64,000 nucleotides of DNA from Terriglobia bacterium (lineage in GTDB: Bacteria; Acidobacteriota; Terriglobia; 20CM-2-55-15), in the NCBI GenBank assembly GCA_963664115.2, contig CAXWPJ010000002.1:544001-608000 (forward strand). Reading direction: 5' to 3'. Both the position numbers and the translations under genes were made by a program. This document shows, piece after piece, positions 1-10,139 of the stretch. The first letter of the stretch is position 1. Each line of letters begins with the position of its first letter. Under the pieces are notes generated by a model. That model saw only the letters and a list, made by a program, of their open reading frames with translations. It made no database searches and was not told where the DNA came from.

Positions 1-82
1 CGCACGGAGAGGGGGCATTTCGGGTACTTCCGCTCTTATTGCACTATCATTTCCTCGTCAATCACGCTTGTTCAGGGGCTAG

Positions 83-2401
83 GTGGACACTATGGAACGG
101 GCACTTCATTCCTCCAGGTCTCGAACGCGAAACAGATTCAAGTATGCGACCGTTTCCGTTTTAACCCTGTTCCTGATCAGTTGTACGCCGACGCTTCGCC
201 AACCTACGCCCACCACCGGGCCTCTGGCCGTACTGCGGCCGGAGACGCTGGCCGATCAGGTGGAAGTCATTCGCACAGACTATGGTGTGCCGCACATTTA
301 CGCGGACAACCTCCAGGCACTGGGCTATGCGCTGGGTTACCTCCAGCTCGAAGATTACGGCAACCGCGTGGCGATGGGAATGGTCCGCGCCCGAGGCGAA
401 CTGGCACGCTATCAGGGCCGGCGCGCACTGGACTCTGATTTTGAGAGCCGGCCGTACTACCTGCGTGCGAGGGAAGTCTATTTCCAACTCGAACAAGGCA
501 CTCGTGACGTCTACGAAGGCTTCGCGGCCGGGGTCAACCGTTACATCGAAAGCTACCCGGAGGAGTTCCCTTCATGGATGCGTCCCCAGTTCACTGGCCA
601 TGATGTAGCGGCACTCTATGTTTATCGGCCTAATCCGCGCCAGGTGCGGCGCTGGATCGAGCGCATTCGAGCTGCGGATGAAGCCCCCCTGCTGAACCCG
701 GGCCTAAACCCAGGGCAAGAATTGGCGCTCGGTGGGAATCAAAGGAAAGAATCCGCCCAGCATAGCTGGGACACGCAAAGCTGGGACGTCTCTATAGAAG
801 AAGGCTCCAGTGCCTGGGCTCTGGCCCCGGACCGTACGGTCTCAAACGCCGCAATTCTGATGCGCAACCCACACCTGGGCTGGGATGCGGGCTACTGGGA
901 GGTCCACGCCGTCATCCCCGGCCGACTGGATTTTTATGGCGACTTCCGTATCGGAGGTCCCCTGGGGATCATCGGTGGATTTAACTCCCAGCTCGGCTTC
1001 GCGACGACGAACAACTCGGTGAACAGCACGGAAGTCTACGCGCTGGAAGCCGATCCGGACCGGGAGGATCACTACCTGCTCGACGGCACGTCCGTACCAA
1101 TTCTTAGCGAATCGCTGACGCTGGCCTATCGCGACGGCGATGGATACTCCATGGAGACGCGGGAACAGCTCTCGACCCCCGTGGGTCCGGTCATCTATCA
1201 GAAGCACGGCCGAGTCTATGTGCTCCGGACGCCACAAGACGGCGAGTTCCGCGCCGGTGAGCAGTTCCTCAGGCTGATCCAGGCGACGAACCTGGAGGAG
1301 TGGACCGAGGCGATGCGCTTACGCGCTCACCCGGGCTCCAACTTCACCTACGCGGACGCCGAAGGTAATATCTTCTATATCTGGAACGCAGCCATTCCTG
1401 TCCGCCCACATCCGCCGGGCGGAAATCTGGCAGTCCCGGTCACGCGGATGGATCAGATCTGGACTGAGCTGCACGACCTGGAATCCTTACCCCAAATCTT
1501 AAACCCGGAAGGCGGCTACCTCCGGGACGAGAATGACGGGCCATGGTTCGCTAACATGCGCGAGCCTCTCGCTCCGGACGACTATCCCGACTACTTCGAA
1601 GAGAACGAGTTCGGACTGCGCAGTCAGCACTCCGTTTTGCTGTTAGACAATGACAGCCGCGTTTCGCTCGAGGATGTCGTCCGGCTCAAACACAGCTACC
1701 GCATGCTCCTGGCGGACCGCGTCAAGAACGCACTGATTCAGGCAGTTCGCGAGCTCGACCAGACGATACCCGGGGCGCATGAAAGCAGGGGTGAAGCGAT
1801 CGCCTTGCTGGAAGCCTGGGACAATACGGCGACCCCCGAGAGCCGGGGATCGGTGCTCTTCACCGAATGGTGGCGGATCTACACCGAGACTCTCGGAGCT
1901 GCGGATGGAGGCGGGAACGCCGACGACCCGGAACTGTTTGCCGAAGAGTGGACCGCAGAACGACCGATGGATACGCCTCGCGGTCTGGCGTATCCGGATC
2001 TCGCTGCTCGCCTGTTCGACGATGCCCTCGACGAAACAGTGCGGCGCTTCGGTTCTTTGGACGTCGCCTGGGGTACGGTCCACAGGGTCCGCCGCGGCAG
2101 CGTGGACGAACCGGTCGGGGGCTGCCCCGGTGCGCTGGGATGCTTTCGGGTCCTTAACTTCACGGACGATAGCGATGGCAGGCGCCATGTGGACGGCGGT
2201 GACGGGTGGGTCATCGCAGTGGAGTTTACGGATCCTCCCCGCGCCTATTCCATCCTCGGATACGGTCAGAGCGCGAGGGAGGACTCACCCCATTACGCCG
2301 ATCAGGCGGCTCTCTTTGCACGCGGCGAGATGAAGAGCGTGGCCTACACGCGAGAAAGCGTGGAGCGAAGGGCCATCCGCCGCTACCGGCCGGGATATTA
2401 G
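83..2401 (+). CDS. Penicillin acylase family Ntn-hydrolase (acylase), probable lipoprotein
   Basis: Motifs IRTDYGVPHIYA, EEG|SSAWALAP (beta-subunit N-terminal Ser), NPHLGW, and C-terminal YGQS..SPHYADQA; lipobox-like LISC. Confidence 0.9.
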   Translation: MDTMERALHSSRSRTRNRFKYATVSVLTLFLISCTPTLRQPTPTTGPLAVLRPETLADQVEVIRTDYGVPHIYADNLQALGYALGYLQLEDYGNRVAMGMVRARGELARYQGRRALDSDFESRPYYLRAREVYFQLEQGTRDVYEGFAAGVNRYIESYPEEFPSWMRPQFTGHDVAALYVYRPNPRQVRRWIERIRAADEAPLLNPGLNPGQELALGGNQRKESAQHSWDTQSWDVSIEEGSSAWALAPDRTVSNAAILMRNPHLGWDAGYWEVHAVIPGRLDFYGDFRIGGPLGIIGGFNSQLGFATTNNSVNSTEVYALEADPDREDHYLLDGTSVPILSESLTLAYRDGDGYSMETREQLSTPVGPVIYQKHGRVYVLRTPQDGEFRAGEQFLRLIQATNLEEWTEAMRLRAHPGSNFTYADAEGNIFYIWNAAIPVRPHPPGGNLAVPVTRMDQIWTELHDLESLPQILNPEGGYLRDENDGPWFANMREPLAPDDYPDYFEENEFGLRSQHSVLLLDNDSRVSLEDVVRLKHSYRMLLADRVKNALIQAVRELDQTIPGAHESRGEAIALLEAWDNTATPESRGSVLFTEWWRIYTETLGAADGGGNADDPELFAEEWTAERPMDTPRGLAYPDLAARLFDDALDETVRRFGSLDVAWGTVHRVRRGSVDEPVGGCPGALGCFRVLNFTDDSDGRRHVDGGDGWVIAVEFTDPPRAYSILGYGQSAREDSPHYADQAALFARGEMKSVAYTRESVERRAIRRYRPGY

Positions 2402-2827
2402 GGTCGGGGGAAAGCGGAGCCGATACCTCACGCCGGACGCCGGATTCTCGAATAAGAACACTCCCCCAAGGGACGGTTCGGCGTTTTGTCCGCCGAGAAA
2501 GGTAACGGACTCCGCCGACACCACACCCTCAAAAGGTTCCCCTCCAATTCGGGAGCTGTGTCTTCCTTCGACGAAGCGGGCCGGCGGACCCAGTACGAAG
2601 GTCATCGATAGCGTCATGCTGTCTTCGCCCCGCGTGAACACGCCGGTGGCTTCGACATCGGCACCTCGTCTCTGCCCCGACATGGACGCGACAACGACGG
2701 GCCCCAGCGCTATCCATTCTGTTTCTTCGAAACTCTCCAGGCCCGGATTCGCTGGTCCACAGGCCGACAGAAAAAGAATCGATGCGAGGGTTGGGGCCAA
2801 CCGCACAAAGGATGGAAGACGTTTCAC
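2285..2827 (-). CDS. Hypothetical lipoprotein
   Basis: Signal peptide with lipobox LSAC; start overlaps the stop of the upstream hydrolase; 3' end overlaps the convergent acylase by 117 bp. Confidence 0.6.
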   Translation of the reverse strand: MKRLPSFVRLAPTLASILFLSACGPANPGLESFEETEWIALGPVVVASMSGQRRGADVEATGVFTRGEDSMTLSMTFVLGPPARFVEGRHSSRIGGEPFEGVVSAESVTFLGGQNAEPSLGGVFLFENPASGVRYRLRFPPTLISRPVAADGPSLHAFSRVGHALHLAACKESRLIGVMG

Positions 2828-3654
2828 CCGAGTTCCGTGGCTACGCCTGAGTGAAGCGACAGGAACGCGGATACCGCTTCGTTGAACCGCTCCGGACGTT
2901 CAAGATTCGAAATGTGGCCGGCTCCCGGAATGAGGACCAGTTGCGCACCCGGAATTCGCTGGGCCATTTTCCGGGCAATGGACACGGGCGTCAATCGATC
3001 CAGTTCTCCCGACACCACCAAAGTGGGGACTGCTATGTCTTCCAATTCCCCAACGGCGTCTTGCAAAGCCAGGGCCCGGGCGGTTTTTACGTAGGAATCC
3101 GTGCGCAGGTTGGACAGGCTTTCCAACAGAAGCGTGAGCGCGGTCTCTGGCGCACCGGGCGCCAGCAACGATGCGGCAGATGAGGGAGCCAGTTCGGCCG
3201 GTGTGGCGCCCTCGCCGAGTGGTTCGATTCGAGCGGACAGAAAGCCTTTGACAGCATCATCTCCCAGAGCGCGAAAGCTTGGAAACGTATCGGCCAGCAC
3301 CAGGCTGGCTACACGCTGGGGGTGAGCGAAATAGAAACACTGGGCGATCATCCCTCCCATTGAAAGACCTACGAGATGAACCCGCCGAGCGCCGAGGTCA
3401 TCGAGTGTCGCGAGAAGATCGCCGGCGAAATCGCGGGCAAACACGAGTTCGCCTTCATGATCTTCGCTCTCGCCGTAGCCCGGAGCGTCCCACGCCATAG
3501 CCCGATGCGTTTGACCAAAATGAATGAGCTGCGGGGACCAGTTCTCTTTCGTACTTCCCAAGCCATGGAGAAACATCACGGCCTCACCCTCGCCTGAAGT
3601 CGCTACGGAAATTCGAGGCGTCGTCGGGAGCAGTCTGGATGCAACTCTAGCCAC
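2824..3654 (-). CDS. Alpha/beta hydrolase (3-oxoadipate enol-lactonase-like)
   Basis: LHGLG, GLSMGG nucleophile elbow, GELD, GAGH; GTG at 3654 overlaps the dioxygenase stop (the ORF-track start at 3885 is likely too long). Confidence 0.85.
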   Translation of the reverse strand: MARVASRLLPTTPRISVATSGEGEAVMFLHGLGSTKENWSPQLIHFGQTHRAMAWDAPGYGESEDHEGELVFARDFAGDLLATLDDLGARRVHLVGLSMGGMIAQCFYFAHPQRVASLVLADTFPSFRALGDDAVKGFLSARIEPLGEGATPAELAPSSAASLLAPGAPETALTLLLESLSNLRTDSYVKTARALALQDAVGELEDIAVPTLVVSGELDRLTPVSIARKMAQRIPGAQLVLIPGAGHISNLERPERFNEAVSAFLSLHSGVATELG

Positions 3655-4663
3655 CGGGCTGTTCTCTCCAGCACCCCAAACGTTCCTGTGCCCCTTGGTC
3701 TGAGAACGAGAACAGGACCGCATCCGCGCTGACTTGATGCGAGTAAGCTTCCCATGTTGGCAGCACGAACACGTCGTTCTCGGACCAATCGATCGAGGTT
3801 GATTCCAGCCGGGTACACCCGCTGCCGCTGACCACGACGCACACGACGCTGTCGGAGGACCGATAACGTTCCCCGCTGAAGTCACCGGGGAAATAGCTCA
3901 GATATGCGGCCATGGTGGGCAAGGGGTCGCTGCCGGTCGTTGGATCGAGATATCGAAGACGATATCCGTGCGAGGGATGGGCAGTACCCGATTGGCAGTG
4001 GCCATCCAATCGACGCTTCATCGTGACCCACTCGTAATGCCAGTACGGCGTATCGGTCGAATCATCGGGTGCGAAAGGCTTTCCGGGACGAACCTCGGGC
4101 TGTTCCGTCTCCCTTGAGGATTCAAAGAAGGTGGCATCGAATAGCTTGACGATGGCGTTGTCCACGCCGTCAAGCCATATCACTTGATTCCCGGAATCGT
4201 TCACGTGGCCATGCCACGTCCAGGGTGGGGTGACGATCAGATCGCCCGGACGCATCGGAACTTCGCGACCGTTGAGTATCGTCGCGGCGCCTTCACCGCT
4301 TAGGACGAATCGAAATGCGCTCTGAGAGTGACGGTGCTCGGAGGTGCGCTCACCGGGCAAGAGTAGCTGCAAACAGGCGTAGAGAGTTTGTGTCGTCCCA
4401 GAAAATGGTGGAAGCGCCGGGTTGTTACAAACCAGTACCCGCCGATCCGCGAACTCCGGGGACACTTTCCTGCCGATCTCATGTAACAACGGCAAGACGG
4501 TGGCGGCGGGCCAATGTGCCGGAACAAGCCGGGGATGGGGTTGGGCGGGGATATACGAACTGGAGTCAATCCATAAAGGCTGAAGATGGGCCTCCCGGAC
4601 AGCGGTATACAGTTGTTTCAGATCACCATCGTCTGCCATGTCGGGTTCCTTCGCGACGGACAC
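3647..4663 (-). CDS. Gentisate 1,2-dioxygenase-like bicupin
   Basis: RRVLVCNNP, LQLLLPGE..HRHSQSAFRF, TPPWTWHGH, WLDG, FSFSD motifs. Confidence 0.85.
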   Translation of the reverse strand: MSVAKEPDMADDGDLKQLYTAVREAHLQPLWIDSSSYIPAQPHPRLVPAHWPAATVLPLLHEIGRKVSPEFADRRVLVCNNPALPPFSGTTQTLYACLQLLLPGERTSEHRHSQSAFRFVLSGEGAATILNGREVPMRPGDLIVTPPWTWHGHVNDSGNQVIWLDGVDNAIVKLFDATFFESSRETEQPEVRPGKPFAPDDSTDTPYWHYEWVTMKRRLDGHCQSGTAHPSHGYRLRYLDPTTGSDPLPTMAAYLSYFPGDFSGERYRSSDSVVCVVVSGSGCTRLESTSIDWSENDVFVLPTWEAYSHQVSADAVLFSFSDQGAQERLGCWREQPGG

Positions 4664-4972
4664 GAACTACTTGCCGGATGGCCCTCGATCGCGGGCCGTC
4701 AAGCCGGTCGCAATTATCAATTGTATCTTGCCGGTAGGCATAACTGCACCTCACAGTCAGTCCCTCGTGCAGCACTCGAATCGAAGTGGATTCGGAAGGC
4801 GGCACACCTCGGCATCGTTTATCAAGCGAATCGAGGAAATTGACTGCTTATTGAGGCGGTGCTAGTGTGAACCCGGCGCCGAGGCGCGGTGAAAATGAGC
4901 CGCTGCCCGTGGCCGCGCAAACTTCGAGTCGAATGCACCTGGACAATTACTGAAGGAGGATCAAAGAAGCGA

Positions 4973-5899
4973 ATGAAACTAGGATTTGGCTTACCCAATA
5001 TCGGCCCGGTGGCGAGCCCGGACGCCATCATCAAGGTGTCAAAACGCGCAGAAGAGCTCGGCTACGACAGCTTATGGGTCGTTGAACGCTTGCTCAGCCC
5101 TCTAAACCCTCAGACACCTTACCCCGGGACGCCAGACGGCTCGTTGCCCCAGCAGTACAGGAGTGTTCTCGACCCTCTGCAAGTCCTGAGCTTTGCGGCC
5201 GCGAACACCTCTCGCGTCTCATTGGGTACCAGCGTATTAGTCATGGGGTATCGCAATCCCCTGGTGTTGGCGCAAAGCCTGACGGCCATCGATGTCCTGT
5301 CCGGTGGCCGGCTGATCGTCGGGTTCGGGCAAGGCTGGTCGAAGGACGAATTCGACGCGGTCGGCACTTCGATGGCGTCGCGCGCTGGAATGGCCGATGA
5401 GTTTCTCCATGCACTGAAAGCGGTCTGGACTGACAATCCGGTGGAATTTCAAGGGAACCATTTTCAGATTCCTCCGTCCTATATCGATATCAAACCCGTG
5501 CAGAAACCGCATCCACCAATCTTTCTTGCCGCCTATGCGCCGGCTGCAATGCAACGCGTCGCGACGCTCGGTGACGGTTGGATGCCCGCCGGAATTCCAA
5601 TAGAAGGTATGGCGCAGATGATGGAAGGGATCCGGGGAATGGCGAGCCAGTCCGGTCGCGACCCGTCTGAACTCAAGATGATCGTTCGCGCAAACATCGA
5701 AATATCCGACCGTTCTGCCGGGGCGGAGCGCGCGGTTTTTTCCGGCACATTGGACGAGATAAAGGCCGATATCACCCGTGTCAAAGACATGGGAGCTGAT
5801 GAGGTGTTTCTAGATCCCCTGTTCTCTCCCGAAGCTACTACCGCGGAGGGCATCCTGGGTGTGATGGAGCAATTTAAGCCATCCGCCTTAGGTATCTAA
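4973..5899 (+). CDS. LLM-class (luciferase-like, probably F420-dependent) oxidoreductase
   Basis: AEELGYDSLWV, LDPL..LSFAAA.T, DVLSGGRL, KPVQKPHPP; AGGAGG upstream of ATG 4973. Confidence 0.85.
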   Translation: MKLGFGLPNIGPVASPDAIIKVSKRAEELGYDSLWVVERLLSPLNPQTPYPGTPDGSLPQQYRSVLDPLQVLSFAAANTSRVSLGTSVLVMGYRNPLVLAQSLTAIDVLSGGRLIVGFGQGWSKDEFDAVGTSMASRAGMADEFLHALKAVWTDNPVEFQGNHFQIPPSYIDIKPVQKPHPPIFLAAYAPAAMQRVATLGDGWMPAGIPIEGMAQMMEGIRGMASQSGRDPSELKMIVRANIEISDRSAGAERAVFSGTLDEIKADITRVKDMGADEVFLDPLFSPEATTAEGILGVMEQFKPSALGI

Positions 5900-6010
5900 C
5901 GCAATCGGCATCCAGGAAACTGACACCGGTCCTTTCAAATCATGAAACTCGTTGGGGAGATGCCGATTCGAGTGCACGCCCTCGACAGGACCTCCCTTCT
6001 AACGCGACAA

Positions 6011-6994
6011 CTATTCCGAATCGATCGCGCCTGGTCTAGAAAACGGAAGGTTGTCAATATCGACGTTGCCGCCGCTGAGCACTACGCCGACACGACCCAG
6101 GTCTGTGAGTTGTGCAAACTCCTGAGACAGAGCTGCAGCCAGAGAAGTCGCCCCGCTGGGCTCCACTACCAGCTTCATGCGTTCCCACAGTAGCCGCATG
6201 GCGCGCAGAATTTCGTCGTCTTTCACGCGGATCACGGCTTCGACGCAGTCGCGTAATACCGGCCAGGTAAGGTCTCCCAGGCTGGTCAACAGTCCGTCGG
6301 CGATCGTTTGTGGATCGAGGGACGGAATGTAGCGATTTTCGGATTTGGAGCGGTACGCGTCGTCCGCTCCATTGGGCTCGGCTGCAAAAATTCGGAGTCG
6401 AGGGTTCAATCCCCGAGCTGCGAGCGCAACTCCCGAGATCAGACCCCCCCCTCCAATTGGAACCAGCAGCGCGTCCAGGTTGTTGACCTGATCCAATAGT
6501 TCCAGCGCAACCGTTCCCTGACCCGCGATGATGGCGGGGTGGTTATAGCCGGAAATGCGTGTAGCGTTTTTTTTTGCAAGTACTGTGGCAAGAGTTTCTT
6601 CGCGAGCTTCGAGGGTCGGTTCACACAGATACACACGTCCGCCATAGCCCTCGACAGCGTGTCGCTTGACGATCGGGGCGTCACTTGGCATCACGATGTG
6701 TGCGGCAATTCCGCGAATTCTGGCCGCATACGCCAGCGCCTGACCATGATTGCCGCTGCTGTTCGCCGCCACCCCCCGCGCGGCTTGATCATCACTCAGG
6801 GACAGCACGGCGTTGACTGCGCCGCGGGCCTTGAAGGCACCGCAACGTTGCAGGTTCTCGCATTTGAAGAACAGGCTCCGGCCTGCCAGGGCGTCTAAGG
6901 TTTGGCTGGTGATTATCGGAGTCCGGTGGACGTGAGGAGCAATGCGAGCCGCTGCTCGACGAATGTCATTCAGATCGACAACGTAGCTGCCCAT
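6011..6994 (-). CDS. PLP-dependent serine/threonine dehydratase (serine racemase family)
   Basis: FKCENLQRCGAFKARGA, SSGNHGQA, GGGGL, VVEPSGA, LSGGNVD. Confidence 0.9.
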   Translation of the reverse strand: MGSYVVDLNDIRRAAARIAPHVHRTPIITSQTLDALAGRSLFFKCENLQRCGAFKARGAVNAVLSLSDDQAARGVAANSSGNHGQALAYAARIRGIAAHIVMPSDAPIVKRHAVEGYGGRVYLCEPTLEAREETLATVLAKKNATRISGYNHPAIIAGQGTVALELLDQVNNLDALLVPIGGGGLISGVALAARGLNPRLRIFAAEPNGADDAYRSKSENRYIPSLDPQTIADGLLTSLGDLTWPVLRDCVEAVIRVKDDEILRAMRLLWERMKLVVEPSGATSLAAALSQEFAQLTDLGRVGVVLSGGNVDIDNLPFSRPGAIDSE

Positions 6995-7132
6995 TACGGA
7001 TTCGGCACGCAACGCTTCAATTCTTCGAACCTCTTACTGCTCCACGAATCGAGGCCAACCTTCGAGTTCACCGATCTCACTCCCGACCGCGTAAAGGGAA
7101 GGAGGTGGTCCTCATATCGTAATGTCGACCCT

Positions 7133-8941
7133 TCATCGAGCGATAAGCTCGCCGGGAAGAACGGGGGTGTTTTTCGGTAGAACACGGGCACGCGTGGCTT
7201 GCTCGAAGTCGTATCCATAGCTCAGTAGCTTGGGCTCACTATAGGCCTGGCCCATGAAGGAGATCGTGATGGGCAGGCCGTCGCTGTTTGTACCGGCGGG
7301 CACGACCAGTTCTGGGTAACCGCTGTAGCTGGCAATGAGCAAAGCCGATTCGTTGCCGGTCGCACGGGACCGTCCGGCTTGTGTCTGCTTGCTTCCGTCC
7401 GACAGCGCAGCGAGCAAAGCCGTTCGGCCCTCAGCCAGAGCCGCGCGCGCCCCAGCCGCGTCCTCGGTTCGAATGAGTGAGGCCGGGCGCGCCGCCGTCG
7501 GATAAACGATGGCATCGAGTGCGTAATTTGCGAAGACCGCCTCGGTGCCTGATTTCACCAGTGCAATGCCGTCGTTCACGGCTGCCAGATAAACAGGATC
7601 GTCAAGATCGAGGGCATAGGCGGCTGTGTACTGCAGGGCAAAGGCTTTTTCCGGGCTGCTGTCCAGGTAGCAACTGCCCGGGGCATTGGCCCGGGCAGTG
7701 AGTTCGTCGACGGTTCTGGGAGATCCGGGCCTGAGGGTCTCGAAGTAGTCCGCGATCTGAGCCTTGAATTCGGCGTTCCGGATCAACGGGAAGATCGGCT
7801 CCTTCATCGCATGCACATAGTCCGGGAACCGAACCGGATCGACGATGACCGCCCCGAGCCTCTCCAACACCACCATGGCTTCGTCGAAGACGCGGATGGT
7901 CTCGGGATCGGAGCCCAGGAAATCGCGGCCAATTCCGATGCGGGCGCCGACGAGCGAACCGACTTCGAGAAACTGGGTGTAGTCGGTCTCGAACCTGCCG
8001 GCGCTCTCCTGTGTGATTGCATCGGCGGGATCGACTCCCGCCATGACGCCCAGGACAAGCGCAACATCATAAACACTCCGGGCCATCGGACCCACGGTAT
8101 CCAGGCTCAGGGTAAGCGGCACGAGCCCGGTGCGGCTGAGCAGGCCGAGCGTAGGCCGGAGGCCAACGATTCCGTTGGCCGAGGACGGATTGCGAACGGA
8201 TCCGCGAGTATCACTGCCAAGGCCGAACTGTGCGAATGCGGCCGCGATGCCAGCGCCCGTGCCGCCGCTGGAACCGGCCGGGGCACGCCTTAGGTCGTGA
8301 GGATTTCGGGTTTGACCGCCTATCGAACTGAAACCCTGAGGAACGGCTCCGGCTTTTAGAACAGCAGCGTCCGTTGCGCCGGCCACGCTGCCACCGCCTG
8401 AAGCGAATTCGCTCAGATTGTCCTTGGAGAGAAGAATGGCACCGGCGTCTCGAAGTTGATTAACGACATACGCGTCTGCGGGCGGAACGGAGCCGGCGAG
8501 CAGGCACGAACCGGCGGTCGTGGGCAGATCGACGGTGCCGATGTTGTCCTTCAGGGAGAAAGGGATGCCGTGGAGCGGTCCGCGAACCCGCCCGGCCCTG
8601 CGCTCGACGTCGCGTGCCCGGGCTTCGCCCAGAGCCCTCTGGTTGAGGGAGATAATGGAATTAATAGTCGGCCCTTCTTTATCGTAAGCTTCGATGCGGG
8701 CCAGATAGAGTTCCATGAGTCTCTCAGCGGTGAGGGTACCGTTTTCAAAGGCGGCCTGCAGATCGGCGATATTCGCGTTTCCCAGATTTAGAGTCGCCGC
8801 ACGGGTCGTGTCCGTCAGCGTGGGGCTGTTCTGAGCCCTCGCCTGCGAGGAAACGACACCTGTGATCAAAATAGGAATCAGTAGTCCCACCGACAGAACC
8901 ACGACAATGATGCGCTTCATATTCCTCGCTTTCTGGCTCAA
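7133..8941 (-). CDS. Secreted amidase-signature family enzyme
   Basis: GPLHGIPFSLKDNI, GSSGG, GSDTRGSVR (Ser-cisSer-Lys triad); N-terminal signal peptide. Confidence 0.9.
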   Translation of the reverse strand: MSQKARNMKRIIVVVLSVGLLIPILITGVVSSQARAQNSPTLTDTTRAATLNLGNANIADLQAAFENGTLTAERLMELYLARIEAYDKEGPTINSIISLNQRALGEARARDVERRAGRVRGPLHGIPFSLKDNIGTVDLPTTAGSCLLAGSVPPADAYVVNQLRDAGAILLSKDNLSEFASGGGSVAGATDAAVLKAGAVPQGFSSIGGQTRNPHDLRRAPAGSSGGTGAGIAAAFAQFGLGSDTRGSVRNPSSANGIVGLRPTLGLLSRTGLVPLTLSLDTVGPMARSVYDVALVLGVMAGVDPADAITQESAGRFETDYTQFLEVGSLVGARIGIGRDFLGSDPETIRVFDEAMVVLERLGAVIVDPVRFPDYVHAMKEPIFPLIRNAEFKAQIADYFETLRPGSPRTVDELTARANAPGSCYLDSSPEKAFALQYTAAYALDLDDPVYLAAVNDGIALVKSGTEAVFANYALDAIVYPTAARPASLIRTEDAAGARAALAEGRTALLAALSDGSKQTQAGRSRATGNESALLIASYSGYPELVVPAGTNSDGLPITISFMGQAYSEPKLLSYGYDFEQATRARVLPKNTPVLPGELIAR

Positions 8942-9427
8942 TCCCGTTCTGTGAACGATCAGTCAGAATTAATCTAACCGATCCGCGTCTGTTCAAACTT
9001 TGGGCAGTGCGTTGTTGGCAATCTCGATACCGAGTGCGTGTCACCCGCTTTACACACGTCTCCCGACCCGCCCTCAGCGACCGCAGCCAAGATGCTGTAG
9101 TGGCCAAACTCGGCTGAATTTTGTCACTAAGGTGCCCCTCTTAGAGGAACGGAGGAAATCTAACTACATCGTGGATTTATACGCAAGAAAAGTCTCACAT
9201 CCCGACCTTCGACGGACAACGGAATCTTCCAGCGGTAGCGGTTCCCAAGCTGCGAGACGTGCCCGGCTGATTCCGGAGGGGGCGATGCGACCACAAGAGC
9301 TTTACGGGGAGGCGATCAACAATGTCGGCCCCGAAAAGTGCTTTCCATGGAAGGAGTCCCCACATTTTCCACTGCAGTGAAAAAGGCCCGGCAAAAAGCC
9401 GAGCCTTCAATTCATTGACTTTGCAAG

Positions 9428-9499
9428 AGGCGCCGACCGGATTCGAACCGGTGCATAAAGGTTTTGCAGACCTCTCCCTTACCGCTTGGGTACGGCGCC
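9428..9499 (-). tRNA. tRNA-Cys(GCA), CCA not encoded
   Basis: Minus strand GGCGCCGTACCCAAGCGGTAAGGGAGAGGTCT-GCA-AAACCTTTATGCACCGGTTCGAATCCGGTCGGCGCCT folds as a cloverleaf with U discriminator. Confidence 0.95.
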
Positions 9500-9556
9500 A
9501 TATGTGCTCAGAGGACCATTATACCTGGGCCCAAGCACCGGGTAAAACCGGCAGCG

Positions 9557-10060
9557 TCAGGGGAATAGACTCAAATCCTCGCCTTTGCGAAGTTTCGCAA
9601 TGTAAGCAATCTGTCCCAGGTGATAGCCGAAATGTTCAATGGAATGATAGACGGCGTGCAGTCGCGTGACATCAAAGCTTTGCACAGTGATCCTGTCGGT
9701 GAGGGAGGATTCCCTCAGGTTCGCTAAGGTTTGATCTGCTGCAGCGGCCGTCGTTTCGACCGTTTCCATGAGCTCTGCTAACGATCGTCCGCCCTCTGCC
9801 TCGAACTCGGAAGGACGATCCCGTTCATCGGATGCACCGCCAACTCCGCTGACGATCCACTGCCGAAGATTCCCGGACATGTGCAGTAGGAGGTTGCCAA
9901 CACTATTACTCGCTTCGTTCGGACGCCACCAAAGGTCTTCTTCGGAGATCATTTCGACAATCTTCCGAAGTTTGGGCAGGTAATCCCCCATCAGTAGAGT
10001 ACGTGACGCTTCTATGAACTCGGCAGGCGCATTGGCCACGTTTTCAGGCGTAGGTCTCAT
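9557..10060 (-). CDS. DinB/DUF1572-like protein
   Basis: WWRPNEASNSVGNLLLH..GNL..W, RDR.SEF, HFGYHLGQI. Confidence 0.85.
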   Translation of the reverse strand: MRPTPENVANAPAEFIEASRTLLMGDYLPKLRKIVEMISEEDLWWRPNEASNSVGNLLLHMSGNLRQWIVSGVGGASDERDRPSEFEAEGGRSLAELMETVETTAAAADQTLANLRESSLTDRITVQSFDVTRLHAVYHSIEHFGYHLGQIAYIAKLRKGEDLSLFP

Positions 10061-10139
10061 AGTCAGTCGGTCATCAATCTAGCAGCACTGTGAATCGAAA
10101 ACCGATGTAGGGAGAGGCCTGGCTAAAGCTGGATCGAGA

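Noticed and set aside
800-830. Acylase beta-subunit start reads GSSAW rather than GSNAW, suggesting inactivity
   Set aside because: The nucleophilic Ser and other motifs are intact; a single substitution is not enough evidence
9097-9427. TGTAGTGGCC... possible IS3-type end, and possible island boundary downstream of tRNA-Cys
   Set aside because: Only weak resemblance; no partner IR, transposase or duplicated tRNA-Cys fragment seen in the window
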